Assembly (NCBI GenBank): GCA_030390025.1
Contig: CM059432.1
Coordinates: forward strand, 18,230,001-18,294,000
From: Squalus acanthias
Taxonomy: Eukaryota
Direction of reading: 5' to 3'
Length of the DNA stretch: 64,000 nucleotides
Positions 50,721 through 62,560 of this stretch are shown here, piece after piece (position 1 is the first letter of the stretch; every line of letters starts with the position of its first letter). Below the pieces are notes generated by a model. It saw only the letters and a program-made list of their open reading frames with translations, made no database searches and had not been told where the DNA came from. A program made the position numbers and the translations under genes.

Positions 50721-51486
50721 GGCCCAAAAAATTCGGCCGAGAACGGGTGAGTACTCAGTGCGTACTCACCCGTATTCGTTCCCGAAGTGCTGGTTTCCTG
50801 CATGCACTGCGCATGCGTGGGAAACCGGCACTTCCGGTATGGTGAAGGGGGCGGTTCCTAGGTGAACCACGTGTGCACTAGAGGCTGCGCGCACGCAGCA
50901 CACTTAGGTTTTTTTTCAGGTTTCAACGCGAGGGTAAGTATGGAAGATTCTACACAAGTAAAAATGAGGCGTAAGACCCCTTTTGGACAAGGTAAGTAGT
51001 TAATTAAGAATATTTTTAATTTTTTTTCAACAGGTTTATCTTTTTTAGAGACTTTAAAGAAAGGTAAGTTTATTTTTATAACCTATAAAAAAATTTAAAA
51101 TTTTTTCAAAAATTTAAATTTTTGTTTAAAGTGGTTAATTTATTTAACTATAGTTATTTTATTAATGTGATGGGTTTTTAAAAAAAATTATTTGAGGTTT
51201 AGCTGTTCTTTTGGGGCCGATTTCAATTCATAGATTTGACAGGTCTCCTGTCAAATCTATGAATGAAAGATGGTCTGCTGCCATTGGCTCTCCATGGCCC
51301 ACATGATCCCAGAGGTCGCATCGCACTAACTGCGCCCCTGGGACACGCACACACTGCGCGCCGGCACTAGGGAGAGGCCCAGGACCCGAAGTTCCTGCGG
51401 GGGCAAACAAGGACGGCAGACGCGGTATGTGATATCGCGCGCGATCCTTACCCCCGCGGCAAGCCTCCAAGTCAAATTTCTGGGCC
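50721..51486. mobile_element. Harbinger-type MITE, AT-rich core
   Basis: TIRs GGCCCAAAAAATT and AAATTTCTGGGCC. TSD AAT is confirmed by restoring the host CR1. Confidence 0.88.
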
Positions 51487-51739
51487 AATATCGCTTTGTA
51501 ATTTTATGCATCCATCTACACTGCTTATAATGCCGTCTATCTTTGTGTCATCGACAAACTTGGATATGTGAGTCTTTATCCCCTCATCTAAGTCGTTAAT
51601 AAATACAGTGAATCTGCCATGTATCTTCCCATTTCACGAGTCTGTCTATGTCCTCCTGAAGTCTGCTAGTATCTTCCTCACTGTTTACTACATTTTCAAC
51701 CCTTGTGTCATCTGCAAACTTTGAAATGTTGCCTTCTAT

Positions 51740-52210
51740 ACATAGGAACAGGAGTAGGCCATTGAGCCCCTTGAGCCTGTTCCACCATTCATGGCTGATC
51801 TGCGACCTAACTCCACATGTAACCTTTGGCCCATATCCCTTAATACCTTTGGTTAACAAAAAGCTATTAATCTCTGATTTAATTGATCTAGCATCAATTG
51901 CCGTTTGTGGAAGAGAGTTCCAAATTTATACCATCCTTTGTGCATAGAAGTGTTTCCTAATTTCACTCCTGAAAGATCTGTCTCTAATTTTTAGACCTAG
52001 TCCTAGAATCCCCAACCAGTGGAAATAGTTTCTCTCTATCTACCCTATCTGTTCCCCTTAATATCTTGAAAACTTTGATCAGATCACCCCTTAACCTTCT
52101 AAATTCTAGGGAATACAACCCTAATTTGTGTAATCTCTCCTCGTAACTTAACCCTTGGAGTCCGGGTATCATTCTGGTAAACCTACGCTGCACTCCCTCC
52201 AAGGTCAATA
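51740..52210 (-). mobile_element. CR1 LINE 3' fragment
   Basis: [41 protein letters not shown] with the tail at 51740. Confidence 0.88.
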
Positions 52211-53486
52211 CATACCCAAGTCTAGGTCATTAATATATATCAATAAGAGCAGCGCTCCTAATACCAACCCCTGGGGGACACCATTGTATACTTCTCTCCA
52301 GTTTGAGAAACAACCGTTCACCACTACTCTCTGCTTTCTGTCTTGCAGTCAATGTTGTATCCACACTGCCACTGCCCCTTTAATCCCACGGGCTTCAAAT
52401 TTGTAAAATTTAGGAGTTATTCTAGATGTATGTATTTTAAAATATTGCCTTGTGCTGTATTGTTTATTTCTGATATTTCATTGCTTAATTTTGAATTCAT
52501 CTTAGCCTTTCCAAGACTAGCCTGGTGTGTTAAGTTTCCACATTTGAATCAATGGGAGCTTCAGCGGGAATTTTAGGTAATGGGACAACTAAAGAAGCAA
52601 AGGTTGGGTCCAGAGGAGGTGTAAATGGTTACAGCAGATTAGCAGAGGGGAGGGAAACATGGGAAGTTTGGCAAAGAGGAGAAGGCTCCCGTGGCCCTGG
52701 AATGCGCCAGAGAAATGTGGGTAAACTCCAGGGGTGCAGACCAACCCTCGGCCAATAGGGGATCCCCACCCTAAGCACCAGCCCACACTTCCATCATTCC
52801 CAGTGGCTCTGGGGCAGCCATCCTCCATTATCAGTAAAATAACTGTAATCTGTGCCCAGTAACAATGTTATCTTCATGGATTCATTTTCAATGTTTCCTA
52901 CTTGGCATCTGGCTGTCTATTGAGCTCGTCCAATTCTACTGAGTCTACTGAGGAAGAACGGAAAGGGATGTAGCTTTGTGGGAAACGTGATCTACTGATC
53001 CTTAGGGGGAAAGATTCGGTTGGTTAGCGCCTCCCATTAGCGTCTCCGGAGGGCGCTAATGACTTACCGCCGGAGCGCGGCGATTTTAGTGCCGCCCGCA
53101 AAATTGACCTGAAGGTGTGTAGCAGTGCTAAACACTACCACCACGATCTCCTGCGTCCGGAGATCGTGACATCATCCAAGCGTGCAACGCCCCGGTAGCG
53201 CCCAGGACCGGAAATTGATTCTCGTCCCCTGCCTTAGCGCCTGCCACTAGGAACGATAGGTAGAGGGGAATGTTTTGCAGTCGGCTGGGAGCTGGGGGAG
53301 CGCTGTTTAAAGGCATGCGCTTCCTGCTTTTTCCTGTTGGCAAAATATTCTGCATACGCAGGTTGAGCGAGGGAGAGAGGCGTCTGGAGACATTTAACGC
53401 TGTCCTACAAGGAGTTTTGTTCCTGAGCAACACTTTTCAGGTTCCCATTTCTGTCAGCTTTAATACTACCATAGTTAGAAGATTAA

Positions 53487-54644
53487 ATGGGGGCTGTACT
53501 AACTCGGAGCGTCGTCCTCCAGCTTCACCTTCGGAGGCTGCAGAGAGAGAGTGGCAAACGTGGCCAGAGGGAGGAGGGCCAACAGGCCTCTGCACAGGAG
53601 ACCTCACCCTCCCAGGGTATTCCGGGAGCAATTCTCCTACATTCATTTGTCCAAGGAGCAGTGTTTTAGAAGGCTGCGCTTCAGCAAGGAGGTGGTCACA
53701 GAGTTCTGCCACCTCCTGCAGTCAGACCTCCAGCCTCAGCTCAGGACCAGGACGTCTCTGTCATCACAGTGGCTCTCAATTTCTACACCAGCGGCTCCTT
53801 CCAGGCTTCAACCGAGGATCTTGCGAATATCTCCCAGTTTGCCGTCCATTGTTGCATCCGGGAGGTCACAAATGCTCTATACCAAAGGAGAAGGGAGTAC
53901 ATCTCTTTCCCCATGACCCGAGACAAACAGCGTGAACGTGCATGTGGCTTCGCTAGGATAGCGGGCTTCCCCATGGTTCAGGGCGCCATTGACTGCACGC
54001 ACGTGGCATTGCGGGCTCCTCATGAAAATGAAGAGGTTTTCCGCAACCGCAAAGGCTTCCACTCTCTCAACGTGCAGTTGGTATGCGACTACAGACAGCG
54101 CATCCGCGCCGTCAATGCTCGCTATCCTGGCAGCAGCCACGATGCATTCATCCTGCGTCAGACTGGTGTCCCAGACCTCTTTCAACCACCGCATCATCCT
54201 CGTGGCTGGCACCTCGGGGACAAGGGTTATCCACTCTGCACCTGGCTGATGACACCGCTCTGTAACCCCAACACTCCTGCTGAGCTCACCTACAATGAGA
54301 GCGATAGCGCCACCAGGAACCTCATTGAACAGACGATCGGCATGTTGAAGCAACGGTTCCGGTGTCTTGACCACTCTGGAGGAGTCCTGCAGTACTCCCC
54401 TGATAGAGTATCAGTTTTCATTGTTGTGTGCTGTATGCTTCATAACCTCGCCATTCTGAGGACCCAGCCATTGCCGCCAGGGATTGGTGTACCACCTCAG
54501 GGAGAGGAGAGGAGAGAGGAGGAGGAAGAGGCGGAGGAGGAGGATGAAGAGGAGGATGAGCAGCAGCAACGTGGGAGGGAGGCGCTCAATGTTGCTTCTG
54601 CAAGGGCCGTTCGTGAACGCCTGATAAGACACCGCTTCAGATGA
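53487..54644 (+). pseudogene. Harbinger DDE transposase; N-terminus frameshifted, 291-codon catalytic region open
   Basis: GAIDCTHV, LGDKGY and RNLIEQTIG (D-D-E) in 53769-54644. Upstream parts lie in frames 53487 and 53551. Confidence 0.92.
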
Positions 54645-55662
54645 ATGACAGAGAAGATGGCTTTTGGGATGAAGAAGCTTATCATCACAGCCATCCTGCA
54701 GCCCCTATTACCGGGCAAAGCTCCAATGAGTAAAATGAGCAAAGTTTTCAAGTTTCAATAAAAATTTTTATTTTTGTGACAAACTGTACAACCAATAACA
54801 AACAAACACAACAATTCATTAACTAACAAAACTGGTTCTTACCACATCGAGATAAGCGTTAACAGATGAACAAGATATTAACATAAACATCCAACTTTGG
54901 GACAAACATTCCCCCCATTTGTTTGAGAATTTTTTGTTATTCGCCCTTTGAGGATGATCTCCTTCCCCTTCGCACTTCCCCCCTTCCCACCCTACTGCTC
55001 CTCCGTAATGTGGCCCCAGTGGCTGCAGTAAGGCTGACGGAAGGCTGCCGAATGTTGGATCCAGAGCCTGCAGATGACCTTGCAGGATGCCCTCGACCAG
55101 CTCCGGGCCTGGAGGGCCCGGCTGCAGACTGCACCAACTTTGCATGGGCGGGCCGCAGTCTGGGCTGGCTGGGTTACAGGCTGTGGCAGGTGCAATGGCG
55201 GACTGGCAGTGGTGGGAGCAGGAATGCTGTTATCCTGAGAGAAGACAACTTCCTGCTCGACCGACACACCGCTACTCCCCCGGGGCAGTACCTCAGCATC
55301 CGGAGCAATCTGCTCGAGCACAGATTGCTGGCCTGCTGCGGCACCGTCAGATCCCCGGTGGACAGTGTGCGACCCAGCGATGATGGCAGCAGTCAGCGCT
55401 TGTGTGGCATCAATCTGAGACTACATGAGAGCACTCTGAGATTGGATGGCACCAACCAATGACTCAATTCCAGCACTAAGCCGTTGCGTTGCCTCGGCCT
55501 GTGCTGCAATAGATGCTGCCACCTCACCCATTACACGCGGCATGGGGTCTGGGTCTCCACGGTCTCTCTGCAAGTCAACCATCCTCTGCAACGAGGCAAG
55601 GATGGGTTTGCGCACAGATGACAGCTGTGCTGGCGGCAGACTCCTTCACGCTCCTAGCCAGC

Positions 55663-57882
55663 TGTAAGATCTTAATGATCTCTGAGTTCTTGGACAAGAC
55701 ACCAATAGGCAGCAGCCAGTATGTTTGCGCAATAGATCAATATTTATTAAGCTTTCAGCGTAATTAATACTTAATATTAGGTGATAGTTTTAACGAGTAG
55801 CTCGCAGCCCTTGGTCTCTGGAACCTCTCGGACACAGTTGACGTCGTCTTAAGTCTGTTCCTTTGTCCTCGCAGTACGTCTGTGTAAAGTTGTTCTTTGA
55901 GTATCGAGGGTTTAACCCTTTTCTTATCAAAAGTTCATTTGGCCAGTGTCCAAATATGGTCTTTAACAAAATCACCTTTTTAATTGGTTCTAATGGTCAA
56001 AATATCATTGTCACTCAGACTAAGGTAGCGTCCCGCCTTTCCAGTATTTTTCCATCAACCCTATTCTGCTGTCTTGTTATCTTGTTTATAGTTTTTCACC
56101 CCATTGGAATTTACCATATTTCTTTCATTTCATAGCCTCCCTGGCACAAGGCCTTTATACCAAGGGCCCATATCATCCTGCTGTCTCACTTGTCTTGAAG
56201 TATCCAGAATATCTCACTTTAATCTACCAGATAAATACCTTAACTTCCATTATCTCTCTCATTTTATGTCCTTATACTAATTATCCTTTAAATATTGTTG
56301 CAATTAGTTTTGTTAAGCACATTCTAAGTTCTATTCAGCATTATAATATGTTATTTAATGATTTGACCTTCACTTGCAGCCTTGTAAGGTTTCCAAAAAT
56401 TTGCAGATCCCCAAAACCTAAGGAAAAAGGACTTTGGAACTACCTCAGAGTGATAAAAATGCATTTGGGCCTAACATAAGGAATTTAAGACCAAAAACCA
56501 AGTTTTGGCATTTTAAAAGACATGTCTGGACCTGTAAGGGAGAAAAGGCTGCACAGGAGGTGGGTCGACCTCTGTAAAAGCAGTTTTGGGTATTGCAGTT
56601 AAATTGCATTGTCTGGGGAATCGGGATGACCTCATTCAAGCACCAGCAAGCATTAACATTTTGACAATAGACCCTAGGAGAAGACAGTCTCATCCCATCA
56701 AAAACCAATCAGCCAAGAAGATCGACAGGATGCAAACCATCCCAAAAAAAAAACATTTGACACTTACAGAACCCATTAAAGACATGCATAAAGATAGAAG
56801 TCCTAGGCCCAGACAAGAAACCCAAAACATGAGGACAATGCAAACTCCGATTAAACAACAGATCGACAGGATGGAGCTATCTTGAATCCACTTCACACAT
56901 TTACAAAACCAGTTAACATGCTAGTAAAGTCGTTACTGTTAACGAGGTCTTACAATGACCAGGATTTGATTTGGTTTTGACAAGGCCACTTCAATTTAGT
57001 ATAATTGAAGGCCCATCAAACAGTTAAAGTTCAAGTTCAACAGAAGGCAGTTCAATCAAAAAGCCTGTTTTCAGCAAGAAGTCAGTGCTGGAGTTACAGA
57101 GTTCAGGACAAGCAGGCAGAAGGCAGTTTCTACAGTTCTGCAAGAAGGCAGTTCCACAGCTCAGAAGAAGACAGTTTAAACACAGGCAGAGTTACAGCAA
57201 GAAGTTCAACAAAGAAGGCCAACAACTTCACAAGCAGACCGACACGCAAGAAGAAACCAGAGCGACTGCCTCAGTGACCATCGGACAACTCGCGGCAACA
57301 AGGGCCTTACAAAACCTTTTACTCAAAAGACTCTAAACCCTAACTCTAAACTGTCAAGGATTCGTTTGGTGAGCATTATCCCTGGTCCTCCAGAGTCCAA
57401 CCTAGCTAGTGAAGTGGGATTGGGAGGGGTGAAGTATTCTTCTAATGTTATTTCCCTCGCCTGTACCGTGTGTTCCCCAACCTGTGTTTAAGTGTTAAGT
57501 GTGTTTTAAGTTTGTTACCTTTTGCTTTTTAATAAAGTCAAAATTATTTCATCAAAACCTGTTGTCTACTGCATCTTTGTTCACAACCCCCAAATAAGTT
57601 CAAGGTCTAGAACCAGGGGCGTGGGAGCGATTCGAACCGCTCACTGAGTCAGAGGTGAGGCTGACCCTATACACCACCCCCTACAGCCTGTAGCTGCTTG
57701 TTATCAAAGCTTAGTCAAAACTGCGTTTGGCTGTCCCCTGCAGCTGCCTTCTGAACAAGTTTTAGCTTTTTAGTTACCCAGGAGTAATTATGGTTAATAT
57801 TATTTGGTCAATGGCTACACTTGAAGTTATACATATATGATTCTCGTCTACTAAATATCTCTAAATATCAGCCTTTTGTACA
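55663..57882 (-). mobile_element. Solo LTR (~0.9 kb net) hosting a second solo LTR
   Basis: TGTA...TACA termini and TSD CAGC/CAGT. Minus-strand TATAAA (~56156) and AATAAA (55743-55748). Myb exon 3 resumes on both sides. Confidence 0.8.
56383..57685 (+). mobile_element. Solo LTR (1303 bp)
   Basis: TGTAAG...CTACA termini, perfect TSD GCCT, TATAA at 57000 and AATAAA at 57531. Second copy at 33869-35131. Confidence 0.92.
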
Positions 57883-59599
57883 CAGTGCATCCATGCTGCT
57901 GGGCACCCTTGCCAATGCACCCATGAGCTCCGTATGCATGCTCATTGCCTGAGTATTCATGGCCGTTATATCGAGGTCCTCATAAGAGTCCTGTGCAGCA
58001 GAACTCGTGCGTGCACTCACCCTCCGGGGAGATGGCTCCCGAGCTTCCCTTCGACCATGATGTTCCTGCAGCCCGCTGGGTCCTGGAGCTTCACCCAGAT
58101 CAGATCAAACCCCCTACTCCCCTCCGGTGAACATGGCCTCAGTGTCGGATGTCTCGTCCTCGGGAGATGCAGGCGGTGAGGCGCGGACTTCATGTTCCTC
58201 CTCCTCCTCTCCTGCGTCGCTGAGACTGGGAGGCTGAGGGTCAGGCTGGTCAGATGGTGGTTCACTATCTGAAAGCAGGAAGGTACAAGAGTGGCTTTAA
58301 CATGGACAGGAAGGGAGCAAGGAATGGAGACAGTTAAGTTAGATGGAAAGTGGGAAAGGCTGGTGTTGTGAGGGGGAAGTGGTATGAGAGGGGAGATAAA
58401 GCTGATGAACATACCGTTGCTGTCCCCAAGGGGGTCGACCTCTCCAACAGCCACAGCACCGACGACATGACTGACGATGAATCTGTGGACTCGCTCCTCC
58501 AGTTGTGTGAGGGGGTGCAGCTCCGCCTGTCCTCCTCCTGTGTGCTGTTGCTCCCTCCAGTTATGTGACAGCTTGGTCTGCAAGAAAAAGGACAGCGTGT
58601 GAGTGGGTGTGCAGCCATGTGTCTGGCAGTTGTGCCTACCATAGTTGAATAGCCATTAATGTCTGCAAGGTGTGGGATGTGCATGTGACTTTTATTAGAT
58701 GGGCATAGTTGTTGGGTGAGTGTTGGGGATTCGAGAATTTACACCGTCTGTGCACAGAGTGAGGTTGAGATGGTGGGATGTAGAGGTTTTTCAAGCATCT
58801 ACTCACCCTAACCACCCGAGTGAGGTCGTTGAACTTCTTGCGGCACTGCGTATACGTCCTTTGGACCAGGCTCCTGGATGAATCGTGCTGGGCCACCTCC
58901 CTCCAGACCCTTGTAAATTCCCGGGGCAATGGCCTCTGTCAGTGTCTGGAAACAGCACTGCCTGTCGGCGTTCCACAGCGCCAACCAGAGCCACCAATGC
59001 CTGGTCGCTAAACCGGCGAGCTCTCTCCCTGGGCCTCTGAGTAGCCATCATGAATCTTTGCTGACGATTTTTACCTGCTTGCAGGCCGAGGTCAAACGCT
59101 GTACTGAGCAGGGTGTGGCTGTGCAGCATGATTGACCCTCCCCTTTAAGAACTGGAAGGCGCCAGTCTGTCTGAGTACAAGGTAATTGACATCGCCTGAG
59201 CTTGAGTAGGGCTCTGAGGTAGCGCCCTGTTCCCCGACGTTAGCGCCCTAAGAGAGGTGTGTAGCACTTGATTAAGCGCTCCAATCACCTCCAGGGTCGC
59301 TGGAGACGAATTTCGAGGTCGGCGGCGATAATTTGCGCCGGGCGCTAAAACTTGTGCCCGGCCGATATTAGCGCCCCAAAATGGGCGATACCGAATTTTC
59401 CCCCCTAGAGTTTCAGTGGGAGAAGTATGATGGTTTATGGTATGTATGTATCCAATCAAGAGGATAGTGAACAGTATAGAAAAGACAAACCTAGAACTTG
59501 ACTTCACAGCCAAGCCTGATCCTGGTGTTCTCAAAATGCAATTGTCAGGTGGTGTCACTTGGCTGATTTCCACCTCTCCAGAGGTTTTTAGCCACTAGG

Positions 59600-59845
59600 C
59601 CAATACAGGAGAAGGATGCTCTATTTTGGATGAGTTGAAGCTCATGGAGGGTTGAAGCAAGGTGGTCGGCCTGGCAACTGCACGAGAGGTGGGAATCCCG
59701 AGTCGATGCAGGCATGGAGCGAAGTTTCAGTCACAGAAGGGGCGAGGGCAGGAGCAGAGACCGGTCATGTTGCAGAAATGGAAGGAAGCGGTCTTGGCAA
59801 CAACGTGGATATGGGAGAGGAATCGGAGCTTGGGGTTGAGCAGTA
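59600..59845 (-). mobile_element. Old L2 fragment
   Basis: Degenerate collinear similarity to 11660-11870. Confidence 0.5.
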
Positions 59846-60996
59846 TGCTCATCGACACAGGAAAATTCAAGGCATTCTAGTCCTTCAAGGGACTGCTCGA
59901 GGTCACTCAAAAATAAGTTCCAAAATATTTTTTGTGGCATTCGAAGGAGCAGAAGTGTAACTGCATGTCACTACAGGCCTGTCCTTGACCCCCTCCTGAT
60001 CACCCCCCAACCAGGACTTATCTCTGCACCTCAGCGTGGATCAAAATCGCTCCCAGTTTGGGGCACTAAGGAATTTAGGTCTATTTGTTTTTTCATATCA
60101 AGTGAGAGGCAGGCTGCTTGGGCACATGAGCAATCCCCTGCACACTTGGCTCATTCCTCCTCTGATGAGCCCATGCATGTTGTCTTTAAACAGTGTTCTG
60201 TTGTTCACTTGAGTAGTAACAAGTTCAGTCTTCTGGTTGTAATGATTTTATTCTTTAACTTCAGCATAGAAAGCAATTTACAAGTGGAATATAGTCACAG
60301 ATAGACACGCGAACCTAGGCATGGGTCCTTTCGGGCTGCTTGAACAAAGTAAAAAGCTTACATTTATACACTGTTTTCTTATCAAACTGGAGTAGGCATT
60401 GCCTAATATCAGGCTGCTGCATAGTCCAGAGACACAAGTCTGCATTTTCTTCAACATACATCAACAACCTTCGAAGCACGTAAACACACTGTGGCCTTGC
60501 TGTGGAAAGAATAAACCTTCAAGTCTCTATCATACCACAACATTTCTAATCTAAACATTCTATTATGAAAATATCCAAGGCCGGTTGGTTGTGAACCAGC
60601 TGTTGCTAAGTGATATCAACCAATTTTTTTCCCCCTATATCGAATGAACTAAACATGAGCACCTTTCAGAAGCTGTATTAACCAATTCCATTTGCCAACA
60701 GCTCTCTCTCACCCAAAGCTTCAAATTTAAAATTCTCATCCTCATGTTAAATTTATTCATAGCCTCACCCTTCTGTATCTGTGTAACCTCCACTAGCCCT
60801 ACAACCCCCAAAGCTCCAAACTTTCTGTTCCTCTGATGGACAGCCTTGGCTCAGTGGTGGCACTCGGCTCTGAGCAGAAAGTCATAAGTTCAAGCAATAC
60901 TCCAGAGACTTGAACAATTATTTATAATATGCCAACAATGCACGGCCGCCGGACTTGCGCTACAATTAGATCCGTGGCTCAACTAAAGGCTTAGGT

Positions 60997-61442
60997 GTTG
61001 GCTGTGGCTCAGTGCGTACCACTCTCGCCTGTGAGTCAGAAGGTTGTGAGTTCATAGCCCCACCCTAGGGACTTGAGGACAAAATCTAGGCTGACACTCC
61101 AGTCCAGTACAGAGAGTGCTACATTGTCTGCAGTGATGTCTTTTGGATGAGACGTTAAACCGAGGCCTCATTTACTCTCTCAGGTGGACGTAAAGGATCC
61201 CATGGCACTATTTTGAAGAAGAACAGCGGAGTTCTGGCCAATATGCATCCCTCAACCAACATCGCTAAAACAGATTATCCAGTCATTATCACATTTCTGT
61301 TTGTCGGACCTTGCTGTGCGCAAATTGGCTGCTGCGTTTCCTACATTACAAAAGTGACTACACTTCAAAAAGTATTTCAATGCACTTTGGAACATCCTGA
61401 GGTCATTAAAGGTGCTATATAAATGCAAGTCTGTCTTTCTTT
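60997..61442 (+). mobile_element. Full-length Deu-domain SINE, with L2 and SINE-head scraps upstream at 60700-60920
   Basis: A and B boxes, Deu core, and a ggtgctatataaatgcaagtc tail. Confidence 0.88.
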
Positions 61443-62113
61443 GCTTCTCTGAATCTGGCCCATGGTGTAAACCAGGTAAATTCAAAGCACCCTGCAGTCT
61501 CCGCGCATTGTGGAACGACTTCATATAAATGAGGTGTTAGACTAATGGTTTAGATTAACAGTTACAGTAACATTTACATCACTATATCCCACTAAGATAC
61601 TACTTTAGAATTCAATGAAACAAATGTTCTCCTGCAGTTTGCAGAATCTATTAGTTTCTTAGTCTTCTTGCCTTAGGTAAGTAGGTTGTGAGTTTACATT
61701 ATGCCAGGGGCTATGAGCTCAGAATAAAGATATTAGCAGGATTGCACTTTGAAGCTGCCATTTTCTGCATGAGATCCTCACCTGCTTCGCACGTTTTACA
61801 TTCGGAGATATTTCAGTGTTAGAGATCGGTTTCCCGGGACAAAACACCTTTCCTATTACCTTGTGCAATATAAAAGTAATTACTGACAATGGTTGTTGTA
61901 TCATCTGCAGTCACAACCTCTGACTGAGACTGTCCAATTGATGCACTTAATAAGAAAATGGGCAGTACTCTGGGTATTGTAAGACAACAAAGGCAATTAC
62001 ACCAAGTACAGCAATAAATCACTGTTGCTAATCTTCTGTATCGAGCTGAAGGAACTGATGTCTGACAAAAGTAGAACTATTGTTTTTAGGGGGCAGAGAC
62101 ACTTTGGATGAAT

Positions 62114-62560
62114 AGTGACTGCCCTTGACATCAAGGCAGCATTTGGCTGAGTCTGGCATCAAGGAGCCCTAGTAAAATTGAAGTCAATGGGAATCGGGGG
62201 GGGGGGGGGAAACTCTCCACTGGCTGGAGTCATATCTAGCACAAAGGAAGATGGTTGTAGTTGTCAGAGGACAATCATCTCAGCCCCAGGCTCTCGCTGC
62301 CGGAGTTCCTCAGGGCAGTGTCCTAGGCCCAACCATCTTCAGCTGCTTCATCAATCACCTTCCCTACATCATAAGGTCAGAAGTGGGGATGTTTGCTGAT
62401 GATTGCACCGTGTTCAGTTCCATTCGCAACTCCTCCGATAATAAAGCAGTCCATGCCCGCATGCAGCAAGATCTGGACAACATTCAGGCTTGGCTGATAA
62501 ATGGCAAGTAACATTCGTGCCACACAAGTGCCAGGCAATTACAATCTTCAACAAGTGAGA
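62114..62560 (+). mobile_element. Family-B LINE RT fragment, interrupted by a CR1 5' end
   Basis: GVPQGSVLGPTIFSCFIN...MFADDCTVF. Confidence 0.88.

Larger units (their letters stand above)
46278..52405 (-). mobile_element. CR1 LINE remnant(s) expanded by nested SINE, Harbinger, MITE and CR1 insertions
   Basis: CR1 sequence at 46278-46480, 46940-47261, 50409-50720, 51487-51738 and 52215-52405 resumes in order across the inserts. Confidence 0.75.
54937..59051 (-). pseudogene. Harbinger Myb/SANT-like protein, 3 exons (59051-58807, 58577-58415, 58268-54937); exon 3 interrupted by LTRs
   Basis: RFSDQALVALVGAVERR / WREVAQ...QCRKKFNDLTRVVR, with the same splice sites as 48252-50050 and a basic C-terminus. 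Confidence 0.85.
53006..59405 (+). mobile_element. Full-length PIF/Harbinger transposon (~4.2 kb without the nested LTRs)
   Basis: TIRs GGGGAAAGATTCGGT and ACCGAATTTTCCCCCC, probable TSD TAG, and convergent transposase and Myb-like genes. Confidence 0.92.

Noticed and set aside
53487..54644. Domesticated host gene HARBI1
   Set aside because: It is multi-copy, frameshifted and flanked by TIRs, so it is a transposon copy.
57005..57336. Short ORF shared by both LTR copies (also 34225-34449)
   Set aside because: It has a non-ATG start, different stops and no motif, and simply reflects LTR nucleotide similarity.
33869..57685. One giant element bounded by 1.3-kb inverted repeats
   Set aside because: Each repeat has its own distinct TSD, so they are independent insertions.
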